From assembly GCF_037042905.1 (NCBI RefSeq), contig NC_087249.1, forward strand, positions 7,566,001-7,630,000: DNA of 64,000 nt, in the 5' to 3' direction. The stretch comes from Lytechinus pictus. Taxonomy: Eukaryota. Positions within the stretch are counted from its first letter, which is position 1, and each line of letters begins with the position of its first letter. Of the stretch, positions 1 to 12,840 are shown one piece after another. The notes beneath the pieces were generated by a model. It did no database searches, was not told the DNA's origin, and was given only the letters and a program-made list of their open reading frames with translations. The translations under genes were made by a program, and so were the position numbers.

Positions 1-121
1 CCATCATTCGAGAAAGACCTTTCAGCTGTTCATTGTGATTTGAAGTGTATTCTCAAGTGAATTAGTGAAAGATACAACTGCGTAGTGACTGCGAAAATAA
101 GCTTCTTTTTACTTGGCTCGG

Positions 122-337
122 TGTAAAAATGGCAGAGGTAACAATGGCAGAGGTAAAAATGGCAGAGGTAAAAATGGCAGAGGTAGAAATGGCAGAGGTA
201 AAAATGGCAATGGTAAAAATGGCAGAGGTAAAATGGCAAAGGTAAAAATTGCAGAGGTAAAAATGGCAAAGGTAAAAATGGCAGAGGTAAAAATGGCAAA
301 GGTAAAAATGGCAGAGGTAAAAATGGCAAAGGTAAAA
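122..337. repeat. 15-bp minisatellite (GGTAAAAATGGCAGA/AA), ~14 copies
   Basis: Direct tandem units with no spacers. Confidence 0.9.
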
Positions 338-1187
338 AAAATTTGGGGCCCCTCTAAAATATCTATATCAAAGATCCTAATTGGTTGGGTGAAATATCAA
401 TATAAATTGCACAAGCGAGATGCAAATACGCTAAAATACGCACATTTAAATAGATTTAAAGTACAACGGAAGTGATTGGTCATCTGTTTATTCTCACACT
501 ATAAATTCCTAGGATTGTAACTAAGGACATAACTTAAAAATATATATATATTTTCAATCTAATGGAATGATAAATCAATAAAAAAATATAGTTCTTATAA
601 TTATTCGGCAATTCTTCTTTAACACGTGTTGTTCATTCTCCTCCCCTAAACCTGTAATTTCGCGGGTTTTTTTTTTTTTTGTCTATTCACGCTATCCGAC
701 TGTTTCCTAAATTATACTAATGAAGTATAATCAATTATTTGTCATGGTTTTTTATTTAAAGTTAGTTTGAAAGTATGTTGAAGACTGTTACAGTAACTTT
801 ATATGCAGGATTAAAAAGTAGGAGGGGGGAGGGTCGGGTGTAAGGACACTTTATAATTTTGCCTTCTTTTTTGTCTTTGGACTTACACTATAAACTATAT
901 GAATTCAATAGTTGTAATCATTTTCTATTTTGTTCTCTATAATATTGTCTAACAATTTGTACTATAAAATGATGAAACTTCGCTTGTTATTATTGTCCAA
1001 AATGGCTGTCTGAAATTGACTGTCCGGACAACGACAGGGGTAGTTGTTAGAGTGACGGGGCTTAAATTAAAAAAAAAGACTACGTGCGTAAAATATTGTG
1101 CAACAACGTTGTGCTCCTTGATCCTTGTACATATACATGTACACTTACAACAAATTGAATTTATCCTTACCTTTACCTTTTATTTAG

Positions 1188-1311
1188 CATTGTGATGTGG
1201 GGAACCTACGGGTTTTTATGCGCTGATAAGGCCATCATCATCGTCAATGTGGTCGGTTTTGCTGTTCAACTCTCCTACATCTGTATCTATATACGCTTTA
1301 CACAAAACAAG
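1188..1311 (+). CDS. SLC50A1: SWEET1/SLC50A1 sugar transporter, internal coding exon (first one in the window)
   Basis: tttag|C ATT GTG ATG TGG...AAC AAG|gtatgc; encodes IVMWGTYGFLCADKAIIIVNVVGFAVQLSYICIYIRFTQNK, the MtN3/SWEET W-xx-YG...VNxxG pattern. 124 nt, ends in phase 0. Confidence 0.92.
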
Positions 1312-1738
1312 GTATGCAACCCTGGGCCCCGTCTTGGCGTCTTACAAAGAGTTACGATTGATCCAGTCCATCAGTGTCATATTTTTTTCTTTAGGAAATT
1401 TGCACAATGTCCTTTGAAAACAAAGAGAAGCATATATATATAAATATACACAAATTATTCTAGCCGATATTATTCATAAAACAGTTGTTTAAAAAGTCGA
1501 TCTTTGTCTGAAAATAAGAAATAGGAAAGTCTAATTTGTTGTTTTCTAAAGATCTGCAACGACCTCATGAACGAAGCAAACTAAGGCATGCCAATCGGAG
1601 AGAAATAGGGTCTATGATAATGAACTTAATAGATTATTATAGACTCAACAAACCGAGTTTTTCTTTTTATTGTTAAAACTATGCATGAGTCCAAATTTTG
1701 AATTTCTTTGTGAAATAACGAATTCGCATTGAGTTTTG

Positions 1739-2332
1739 TTAAAGGTCAAGTCCACCTCAGAAAAATGTTGATTTAAATTAATAGAAAAAAATCAGATAAT
1801 GCTGAAAATTTCATCAAAATCGGATTTAAAATGAGAAAGTTATGACATTTTAAAGTTTCGCTTATTTTTCACAAAATAGTTATATGCACAATTTAGTCAC
1901 ATACAAATGAGAGAATCGATGATGTCCCTCACTCACTATTTCTTTTGTTTTTTATTGTTTGAATTATACAAAATTTCAATTTTTACAGATTTGACAGTAA
2001 GGATCAACTTGACTGAACCATTCAATGTTAAACAATGATAATTCCACATGTTCAGGGAGAAATAAAACTTTGTTTCACAAGATAATGAGGAGAAAATAAG
2101 AATATTTCATGTTTCATATAATAAAATACAAAAGAAATAGTGAGTGAGTGATGTCATCAGTTCCCTCATTTGCATATACCGACCGGGATGTGCATATAAC
2201 TATTTTGTGAAATTAAGCGAAACTTTAAAATGTCATAACTTTCTTATTTTATATCCGATTTTGATGAAATTTTCAGTGTTATGCTTGTTGGATTTTTTTT
2301 TAATTCAAATAAATTCTTAATTTGTCCTTTAA
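1739..2332. mobile_element. TTAA-flanked non-autonomous DNA transposon (Kolobok/piggyBac-type TSD)
   Basis: TTAAAGG...CCTTTAA ends with long subterminal inverted repeats (GAAAATTTCATCAAAATCGGAT / ATCCGATTTTGATGAAATTTTC). Related pieces at ~10640-10881, ~21060-21480 and 63778 onward. Confidence 0.78.
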
Positions 2333-2459
2333 CCACATAGACCTCATATAGCTGTCACACAGCTGCATAATGATAAAAAACATTTGTTTTAATGTCTGTG
2401 AATCTATTTACTTTAGTTAAAATAAAAGATATAATGAATCTCCCTGTTTCTTTTTCCAG

Positions 2460-2621
2460 CTTCGCCCCGTCCAACAAACCATAGCCGGAATAGCCTTTCT
2501 TGTTGCACTTTACATTTACATCTCCCAGTTCGTCCCAACACGTGCCTCGGCCCTCAAACAAGTCGGTCTCGTCGCCAGCATAGTAACCATTCTGATGTTC
2601 GTTGCTCCCGTTTGTGACATG
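2460..2621 (+). CDS. SLC50A1: SWEET1/SLC50A1 internal coding exon
   Basis: ttccag|CTT CGC...GAC ATG|gtgag; 162 nt, LRPVQQTIAGIAFLVALYIYISQFVPTRASALKQVGLVASIVTILMFVAPVCDM, matching the SWEET linker helix and the G...M(F/Y)x(A/S)P motif. Confidence 0.92.
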
Positions 2622-2860
2622 GTGAGGAGACGCGATGCACAGTCGTGTCCAATTTTCAAGTGAAAAAAAAAGAGAGCATTCTGTAAGAAATAGCTTTCGC
2701 GTTTGCAATAATCTTTGATTACCAATATTTAAGGAAATAATAAGGTAGAGTGATTTTATTAGAAATCGTTGCGACATAGAATTGTCTGATGATTGCGTTC
2801 TGCATGCCTAACGATTATTCTAAATGTTTAAATCCTTAGTTGTCGAATCACAATAGAGTC

Positions 2861-3173
2861 AATAGCGTTTTTCAACATCCATTTCGCAGACGCTTTCTGC
2901 AACGTTGAGAATCTATTGAAAATGCCCGTCAAATCACATTGGACAGATTAGAGGTCTTTGTCGAAAGTTGGTGGAATGGGACAGCTAGCTATTCGTCTTA
3001 ATATTCGGACCGGACAACAAAATTGCAAATGTTTGTCTAGTGTCCAGGACGACACTGCTGTTTTGGTTCACCGATTTTCGACAAAAGCTGTTAATTGTCA
3101 TTGAAGGGCTTTTGACAAAAAATTTTCTGCGTTATATAAAGTGTCTGCGTAGAGATCGCGAAAATGCCCTATT
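2861..3173. mobile_element. ~310-bp multicopy MITE (further copies or fragments at 5348-5652, ~9050-9260, ~41015-41325 inverted, ~41780-41870, 45299-45617)
   Basis: Imperfect TIRs AATAGCGTTTTTC...GAAAATGCCCTATT and a shared core TTCACCGATTTTCGACAA in the copies. Confidence 0.8.
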
Positions 3174-3854
3174 TTATTTTTGTCGGAGAAGGCAGTGACG
3201 TTGACTCCTCGGGGCTTAATAATTATAGCGCCCTCATCCAGCGTAAAGGGGTACACAGGGGCTAAGAACAAAATATTTTAATGAATAGAGTTTTTTTTAA
3301 ACACTGAGCAAAACGCTGAAAATTTCATCAAAAATCTGTCAACTAATCAGTTTGGCAATATGTTGTGAAAACATTATGTTATCACATAAATCATAGTTAT
3401 TACATATTTTTATACATTGCCTTATGGTGTCTCGAGTCTAGCAGAATACGTTGCAGCAATATACATCAACAGTCAATTCAATTTTTTTTTTCAATCTTCG
3501 ACATTAAGATTTGACTAAATATAATTTCATGCATTGTGGATGCGACATCAATCATCAGATTGCTCATTGCATATCCATGATGATTGGCCTATGTATAAAA
3601 CTGCTTCACCGAATTTATTTAAGACTTGAAAATGTCATAACTTTATTATTCCTTGTCCAATTTTAGCGATTTTTTTTTGTATTTTGTTTGAAGAGTACCA
3701 CTTTAATTGCATGATATAGCCAGAAGAGATTGCAGAGCGCCAGCAAATTCAACTACTACTACCACTACTAATGCGAGAACATTAATCTTTATCTAAAATG
3801 TCATTTTCAAAAACGTATTAAAAAAATCAAAACATTCGTTTCCACGTTTCAGAC

Positions 3855-4232
3855 AGATTATTTCCAATTAGTCAATGCCAATTCATCCAATAACCAACTC
3901 ATCTACTATCATTTGATCAACATGGTCTAAATATCATTGCGTCCACTCTCAATATTTCTCATAACCAGTTGTTCGATAGCCATTTAGTCCATATACCGTT
4001 TGGTTTAACTGGACTAAGTGTTAATTGTGCGAAATAAATGAAAATAAAATGGGAATTGGCCAACTGGTTATGAAACGAAATGGTCATAGACAAGCTGGTG
4101 ATTAGACGAAGTGATTATTGGATGAAATGGTTATTGGACCAAATGGTTGTTAGACGAAATTTTGATGAACGGAATGGCATTAGACTAAATGAAGGTAGAG
4201 TATGCGATGAGTCGACGAATTGGCAAATTACC
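3855..4232. mobile_element. Second copy of the 8-bp-TSD MITE, in a SWEET intron
   Basis: Colinear with 42268-42659; TSD TTTCAGAC at 3847-3854 and 4233-4240. Confidence 0.82.
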
Positions 4233-4354
4233 TTTCAGACAACTTGAAGATCAAGAATGTGAAATTGTTAATGTGTTATTAAAAGATGTCATCTCTTTTC
4301 CTGTCAGGAAAGTTGCCCATGCCTTATTCCAAATGGTATTCTTTTATTTTAAAG

Positions 4355-4474
4355 GTGCATTGCATACGAGCTAAATCAGCCAAGACAATCTCGGCCTCCC
4401 TCAGCATCGCCACCCTCATCTCTTCGTCCCTTTGGTTATCATACGGTATTCTTCTTCATGACACATTTATATCA
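4355..4474 (+). CDS. SLC50A1: SWEET1/SLC50A1 internal coding exon
   Basis: taaag|GTG CAT...ATA TCA|gtaagt; 120 nt, VHCIRAKSAKTISASLSIATLISSSLWLSYGILLHDTFIS (second MtN3 repeat: KS...WxxYG...D). Confidence 0.92.
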
Positions 4475-5683
4475 GTAAGTATATATATATATAAAGTTAA
4501 AGTTGAAAAGACCGTTAATAAAATAAAGATACCCCTTGGAGATGAAAGCCCGTCTTTTTCTAAAGTCTCACATTAGTATTTTCAAACTGGAGTATCATCA
4601 AATATACCAATCTTACAAGAGTGTAGTGGAAGTTGTGTATACTTTCATCCTAGTTATTTTATTAACTTATTACTATTGATATTTATTTATTCATTTATTT
4701 ATGTATTTCTCTTGCAGATTAATTGATTATTCTGATTTTATTTTACCTCGCGCCCTCTCTCGATATTTTTTTTTCTTTTTTGGTTTCTCTAACCATCCAA
4801 CCATCCTTGCATTTTCCACGACAATCATGTATCACGCTCGTTATTTACTTTGTCAATTATGTATTTGTATATATTGAATTTATCATTTGGCGAAGATGTT
4901 ATGAAATTCTGTAGGACCTACTAATAGATGGATTGGTGACTAATTAATATTAACGTATTCATATAATCGTCGCCAAATGGTTTGACGTGACATGGGCTTT
5001 CCTTCGCCGAAGTCCTACTTACGAAAATCACTGGCGCGTATGAGAGATTGAAGAACGCCATCTTAATTCAACTACTACCACTTTAGATATGCCCTTCCTT
5101 AGCACTTATCCTACAAAATTAGTGATCGAATATCAGATAAGTGAGAAAAGGGCAAAAGATTAATTTTTTTTTTTTAAACTAATAAAGAAACAATTTTTTT
5201 TTATAGATCGGACACCCGCAGTAGACACCATGATATACAAAATTAATACTGTATGCACACAAGAAGTACTTGATTTCTTTGACATTGTCATTCTGTTCAT
5301 AGGCTCTGGTTTTCTTTCTGCCGAATGTAATGAAAACAGATAAGTCGATAGCGTATTTAAGCATCCACTTCGCAGAAGCTTTCTGCAACGTTGAGAATCT
5401 ATTGAAAATGCCCGTCAAATCACAATGGACAGATTAGAGGTCATTGTCGAAAGTTGGTGGACCGGGACAGCACATCGTCTTAAGATTCGGACCGGACGAC
5501 AAAATTGAGTCTAGGACGACACTGCTATCTTGATTCGCAGAGATTCTTGATTCATGTTTTATTCAGAGACTGCTTTTTCATGAAGGGCTTTTGACAATAG
5601 ATTCTCTGCGTTATAGAAAGCGTCAGCGAAGTGATTGCTGAAATGCCGTATTAATATACTCCGCCCTTTCCCTCTCACATCAG

Positions 5684-5851
5684 CTACCTAACATACCGGG
5701 CGTACTCAGTAGCATTTCAAGGTTGATAATCCTCTGGAAGTTCAACGGACGTGATGACGACCACGAATATTTTTACATCTCAACGTCGTCGTCATATCTA
5801 TCATCATCATCGTCATCCTCACCGTCATCCTCAGCACATTCTTTAGTGTGA
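5684..5851 (+). CDS. SLC50A1: SWEET1/SLC50A1 last coding exon
   Basis: catcag|CTA CCT AAC ATA CCG GGC; LPNIPGVLSSISRLIILWKF (conserved PNxxG), then a Ser-rich tail and TGA at 5849-5851. Confidence 0.9.
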   Translation, partial: LPNIPGVLSSISRLIILWKFNGRDDDHEYFYISTSSSYLSSSSSSSPSSSAHSLV

Positions 5852-8800
5852 CAGTACATTACGAGGTGAGGAGTAAACCGAGTTGAATATTCAAAGATAA
5901 AGTTCATCCTTATTTATTTATTTAATTATCTATTTATTCAATCATTAATCAATTAATTAATTTATTTATTTACCTATTTGTCTATTTATTTACTTGTTTA
6001 TTTATTTATATATTTATTCATTTATCCTTTGATCTATTAAATCATTTTTCTTAATTTGATTATTTATTTATTAACCTTTTGATCTATTTAATCATTTAAT
6101 AATTTGACTATTTATTTATTTATTTATGTATTTATTTATTCATTATTTTATTTATTTATTTATTCACGTTTACTTTAAAAATACATGGTTGTCCCGTTCA
6201 AACCAATTTTCAAGGGAGCCAGTCAAATGTACATGCATATAAACGTGGTATATACAGAAATAAAAAACACTGATAGAAAATAAGTAATGACATAGGTTTT
6301 CATGAAAAAAAATCATATATGAAATGAGTATAAAACATGAAAAAATATATATTAACATAAAGACAAAAGCGTAATGGACAAAAATTATCATGGTATGGAA
6401 AAATGACAACAAAAACATAAGACAGTGATCGGAGAAATAGGTGAGAGTTGGCACTATACATATTACACTGAAGTGAAACTGAATGTAATATTTATGATGA
6501 TGTTAAATTATACAAATTTCAGGCATACAAATCGGTTCCACAATAATAATAAAAAAATATAAAAAGAATATTTGGGTTTTTCGAAGATATAGTCATTTCT
6601 CGCATTATTTTTTAAACTATACATGTAGGAGCGCTGTTGGCTTAAATCGGTAATGTTGTTATTGATATTTAAAAAACAACAAAAAACAAAAACAGGCACC
6701 TTATTAAATATTTTTAGGACGCTTTCTCCACCTTGGGTCTTCATTTTTCTGACAAAAAATTATGACAAATACATGTATATGGGTTTGACGAACTTGTAAG
6801 AATTTAGACTGAACATCGTGACCCTGCCAGGCGGCATTAAGAAGTCTCTTGATTGTGACATTCTCTTGATTTTCAAGAGAAAAACAATAACCATAAATCA
6901 TATTTTGTCGTTTTTGTTGTTGTTGCATATCATGCCTACAAACGTATCAAAGCGACTCTACGCAAAGTAGGTTGAAAATATGGACATCATTTTAACTACA
7001 GTGGAACTTCCTTAAACAGTCTTGACAAAAAAGACGATAACGAATCATCATGAACTGATATTAAGCGTAATGAATAAAGGGGTGAACTTTTATCTCATCA
7101 AAAAGATTTCTGTTTAATTCAGGGGGGTCAAAGACATTATTCTCAAAGTTTGCATAGTCTCATTTTGTTTGCATCTAGTGTGTTGACGAACTACTTGCCA
7201 CGTTTCAAAATCACAACGAACATACTTTTATAACTCCTTGGCTATAAATGTAAACTTTATTACAAAGTGCACCAAGAACTATGACGATGAGATAAACAGT
7301 TCACTGACTGAAGTTTCATGAGCCTCAATTTATTTATGCAATTAATGGCGTAGAGTTTGATAGGACCTGAGGCGTGTTCAAACATTTTCCAAAATAAATG
7401 CAATATTTTTTTACAGGAGAAAGAATAATGGCGAGAGTCACTGCACTTTTAAAGAAGTATATGCCCCACCCGCCATTCCAGGCGATTTTAAGTGATTTTT
7501 CGTCACGGCAGGAGCGGGGGTGGGGGCATATGAGGCGACCTTCTCCCGTGCAATACTGTGCAAATTTCCAAAATCCAGGGTGGGGAGGGGGAGCATAGCC
7601 TTTCTCTGTCTATCGGGATCGTATACCCATGGCCCCCAACATCTCACTTATTTGTTTTTTATTGATATTTTCCTATTTAAATTGGATATAATAAGTAAAC
7701 AATCATTACCTTCTATATAGGATTGTCTTTGTGCATGAAATTTTCAGCTCGATGAGCATATTACCCCAATAATATTGTCTTTTTTACCCATAATGCAACA
7801 TTTTTAATATGAAGTCTTCTCCAAGTCACATGAACCCCACTGTGTGACTAAAGGTCTGGTCTGGTCTGCGACCCGATTTCAGAATTAACTGTAGTAGGAT
7901 TTGATGCTAACATTGAGGCTTGGAATATCTTACTGTGTAATGTTCTAAATCATCGTATACGAATACCTATTTTCAAATCTGTGACTATGCTATCATCCTT
8001 CTTAGAATAAAAGCGAATTTAATAACTAGTCGTAATGACGTCATAGCAGTCGTACGATTGGCTACGATTTGAAACTAATTTGGCCTTTTCTCCGAAATAA
8101 AGGCTTGCAATCTTTCAAAAAGGTTATATTAGTATTCTTTCAATTAATTTAAAACCTCAAATAAAATTATATGTTCCATTCACATTTTCAGAAAATGAGC
8201 AAAATGCGATTTGTTCCAAAATCGGATCGCAAACAGTCGTAAGGTGTGCGGTGGCCTTAAAGCAAAGACATAATAAACCCCTAGAGACATTTAAGATGTG
8301 ATAGGTAGGCCTATGGTTTGTCGGTATAGAGAGTAAATGATTGGTTTTATTATAATATTTCGCGTGTCTCTGTTTTATTATCGTTTAATGTTTTCCCTGT
8401 GTCATTCCTGCAGATGTATTTATCTTCGAGACATTTCCGCGATCCACGCCTCGCTACGCCTGTCAACACGCGTCTAATATGGATCTCTCTACCTTGTCAC
8501 ACACATTGCGAAAGATGATCAACGAATTCCTTGAAAATAAGTTGAAAATGAATCATGGACGATGATATTATCCTATATATTTTGTCTCCTTTTTGTCATG
8601 TTTATTATATCATCCGCACATGAATTGCGATATTCTGCGTACATGGAATTATGGGATTACGAAATAAAAAGATTATTATTTAAGAAATAAATTAATTTTT
8701 TAAACAGAAATTTTGTGTTACCTGTTCAGCTCACTCCGTTTCTCCTTTTGTTGTACGTTATGTGGGTGATACGTTCGGAACTTCGAAAATGAGTGTAATA

Positions 8801-11800
8801 AATCTCAGAGAATATGGACAGAGGAAATCTAGTATTGACCTTCATTACATTAAGCATTTTTCAAGAAGTACAAAAAGACTTAGGAAAGTTCAGAGCTTCA
8901 AGATTACTGGATGAATAATGATATTCATGGAGTATGAAATTCTCAATGGTAAGTGACACCACCCCCAACGAAATAGAAATATTATTTAGGTTACCTCAAT
9001 AGTTAGTTTGGCACAGAGACGCAACACGGACTCAAGAGACAGTAAATGTATTGTCCGTCAAATGACAAAGAAAAGCTTGGAGGTCTTTGTCGAAAACTGG
9101 TGACCAGGAACGGTATAGCTTCGTCCTAAGTTGCGGAGCTGACGAAAAATTGCAAAGTATGTCGTTTGTCTCGAGTTCTGGACGAAACAGCTGTTTTGAT
9201 TCACCGATTTTCGACAATGAATTCTTGGTTAGTCTTTGTCATGAAGGGCATTGACAATACATTTTCTATGTTCTTGTATCTGTTCTGCGCCGCGATGTGA
9301 GAACTTCCTATACACTGCATAGACGCTGTTAAAATGTTATACAGCGCTGTTTAAGCCCGTCACTCATTATCATTCCTTAAACTTTTAAAAAAAATTAAAA
9401 ACTTTTTAAAACAACTTGTTTACAATATTGAATAATAGATGTTTGATAGAGTAACGAGCTTAAACAGCGTTGCTTAACACTTTAACAGCATTTTTACAGT
9501 GTATAATGTCTTTTAATCACCCACTAGCTCATGCTGGTTTTACAGTAAGAATTTCTGACTATTCACCACCTTTTATCTTGAACGAGGGGCTAGAATAATC
9601 AAAGATGAAATAATTTAACGACAGCAATTAATATTTATTCATCATAAGATCGTTCGATATTTTTATAGCTAATCTATGATCTACTTCGACATTAATAAGT
9701 TACGTATTCGAGGTTAACAACCTTAAAAATTTACATATTGATTTAGGATGATTACGCATTTCTTCCCCTAAGCGATGTTGTATGATTTCATAACCACCTT
9801 TATCATTATTCAAAATAATACCAAATGTTGAAGGGAAAGCATTGATTAGGTAGTGTACGTAGCAAGAGAGAATACACTATTCAGGGGGTTACTCCATGCA
9901 GGATGAAAATAATAAGAAGAGTAAAATTTAACCAGCATCACACTAAAAAAACCTCATCAAAATTATTTTGATGAAGAAGAATATTATTGAATTTCAAGGG
10001 ATGTTATTATCAATGAAAATGGTTTAACAAATGCCCCAAGTATCCCAAGTGTATGTAATAGTCGAGCTGATGATACCATGTCTCCTTTTCCTTCTTATTA
10101 GTTTGTTAGGCCTACATGAAATAAGATTGTATTTCTTATATTAATTTATGTGTGTTTAAAACATGTCTTCCTTCAGATGTAACAATAATTAAAAAAAATC
10201 TGCTAATATGATAAACAGTAAATCAGTAGTCAATTCTCTTTTTACACATACTTGAAGGATGAAGTACTGAATGAAAATAATTTTATATCATAAAATACAA
10301 AAGAATAAGTGGGAGATGACATCATCTACCCATTGCATATTGATGAGGACGTGCCTTTTTACCGAAATAATAATAACAATTGATCTTGGTCGTGTATTTG
10401 ACTCTATTAACACCAATATAATATACTGCTAAATAAGCTTCAGTCTCTTGGATATATAGCCAGTGCGAAAAAACGCTAACATGGTTTGATTCGTATCTGA
10501 ATATGAGGTCGCAATGTGTCCAGTATAATAAATCTATTTCTGGGGAAAGAAAGCGTGTCTATCGGAGTACCACAAGGATCCAAATTAGGTCCGCTATTCT
10601 TTCTAGTCCTGTTACGCCCCTGGGTCAGCATGACGAAGAAAATCAAACATTTATTATTTCATGTAATAAGATAAGGGAAAGTGGGGATGTGACATCATCA
10701 GCCCACCCAATGAATATTCATTACGGTGTGCATATCTGTTTTCACAAAATATTGATAAACTTTAAAACTCAATAACTTCGTTATTTGTTATCCGATTTTG
10801 ATGAAATTTTCAACATTTTGCTTTGTGAATTTACTCTATTTATTTAGATATAAATATTTTCAGCCCGGACCATCCCTTTAAAAGATTAGAATTCTCTCGT
10901 TTTGCCCCAGAATTTATATGAACTATACTCACAATCTAACATAACGTGTCTGGGCTGCTAAAACCTCGTTTCTGATCCTTTATTTTGTAGACTGAAAACA
11001 CTAAAAGTTACTGATATTCATAAATTGCAAATTGCAATTTTTACGTATCATGTATCATAAGAATGAGTTACCTTGATATAATTTTATGATGATTTTACTT
11101 TGAATAGAGACATCAAAGCCAGTCAAAATAGGGGCCATTACCGACACCATCTCGGACTTAGGGTCTTTTGCAACAACATTTTAATGGAAGACTCATTAAA
11201 TCTTATTATTTTATCTACACGTCCCATGCTGTATGTGCACCTTGCTTTGATATTTTGGCCGACTCCTTATACAACCCTGCAAGAAGAAGAAGCTAATAAA
11301 AAGCGAATCCAAAGGGGGCTTTGAATAAAATAACCGAAATGATGACACCGAACTGGTCTTAGACTTTCAGAAAAATTATCGGCAACACGATTTATTATTG
11401 GCAATGAGGGGGTGGGGGTAGGCAAAAATAATCCCCGAAAGAAACACAGAAACTAGTTCTAACCGTTCCAACTCTAACCATTACTATGAACTCACAATAA
11501 TGAGAAAGTGTCAGAACACGTTCATTTGCATAAAAGTTTGACGACAAGGGTAGATTGTTTTCTATAACAGCCCTTGATTTGGTTTTCATGATAAAGAACT
11601 AGTGCTAATTAAGATATAGTAAAAAGTTCGCAAGGGGGTCATAACGGTATTTGTCTTAATAACTAACTGATCAAACTTTGCCTGACCTCTAAAGACCAAA
11701 ACATGTTTTGCCGGACGAACTTTTTGAGCAAGCTAATTGGTGTGCGTGTTTTCATTATCATAATATAGTTTGATTGGAAGTAAATACTTTAGAATTTTAA

Positions 11801-12592
11801 TTCCAGGACACAAAGAACGACTAGAATATTCAAGAAATATTTTTTTTTTGTTCTTGTTATTTTTATTCGATTGCTAAGAACCAGAGAACCGAAGGCTGTA
11901 GGTCATCTCCTTGTAAATAATATTGTTAAGATGCAAGTATATAGAGATTACAGCTGTACTGTACGAATTAGAATTTTGTGGAGGTAAAGTGATCAATTCA
12001 TATCGCTTTTGATAATAAAGAATGACTCCTTTCTTTTTGCTTTCTAATCTATTCCCCCTTTTCTCTAACCATGCTACTTGCACATTCGTTCTTCTTAAAC
12101 TCGTATTTTCTCATCCCGATCATGCACTATTTCATAATCAGTTTATGGCCAAATTAAAAAAATAAATTAAATGGAAAAATATATCTTCTGAAATTTGTGG
12201 AATTTAAATGATGTTATGAGTGTATCGGCAACAATCTCCTTCTTTTCATTTTTTTTCCCTCCGCGCTCTTATTAATATTTCAAAATGACCTTTTCATTGA
12301 GTCTTCAACTCCGCCGAATTATCAATTCCTCTTGACATCGCTGTCAATATAATCTGCTAGTTTAGCAAACAAACTAACCTGATAACTCCGTACTTCACGA
12401 GATAACCACCTGCCTGAAGTCAGCCCGTAATAAGGTCATTAATTATCAAAGATCTTGAAGTTCATCGAACTCATGTCTTGAATTTGTCTATATGTAAAGT
12501 TCGAAAAGTGGGTGCGCACTCGCCACACCTCTAAAGGCCACCGCGTTGATATATTCAGTTAAACTTTCGTTAAAGTTCAATTAAGAGGTTAC

Positions 12593-12840
12593 GGGTCGTG
12601 TGGTCCAGTGGTTAGAGCATTGGACTCATAATCGCAAGTGAGTTCGAATCCCTACTCTGCCATTGTCTCCACTTTGATAAAAAGACATGAGAGTAATATC
12701 TGTCGGCTCTAGCATAGGGTCAGCCACTATGACTGATTAACCTAGACGTAAAATGTTTCCTCGGCAATTGGTATGCCAGCTTGGCGTTTACCAGCAAAAC
12801 GCTGTCCTGCCGAGTTCCTACGGGAGGTACCATAAACAAG
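12593..12840 (+). mobile_element. tRNA-derived SINE (family 1, CAT anticodon-like head)
   Basis: A box TGGTCCAGTGG, B box GAGTTCGAATCC, then a non-tRNA body shared with the copy at 51897-52129. Confidence 0.8.

Noticed and set aside
122..337. Regular short repeats (CRISPR-like look) and the KNGRG/AEVKM and PFLPL repeat ORFs
   Set aside because: Contiguous 15-bp units with no unique spacers and no cas genes, in a eukaryotic intron context; the ORFs are by-products of the minisatellite.
12593..12665. tRNA-Met-like gene (also tRNA-like heads at 24760, ~38540-38611 and ~42215-42267)
   Set aside because: The acceptor stem does not close properly and each head continues into a body shared with other copies, so these are SINE heads.
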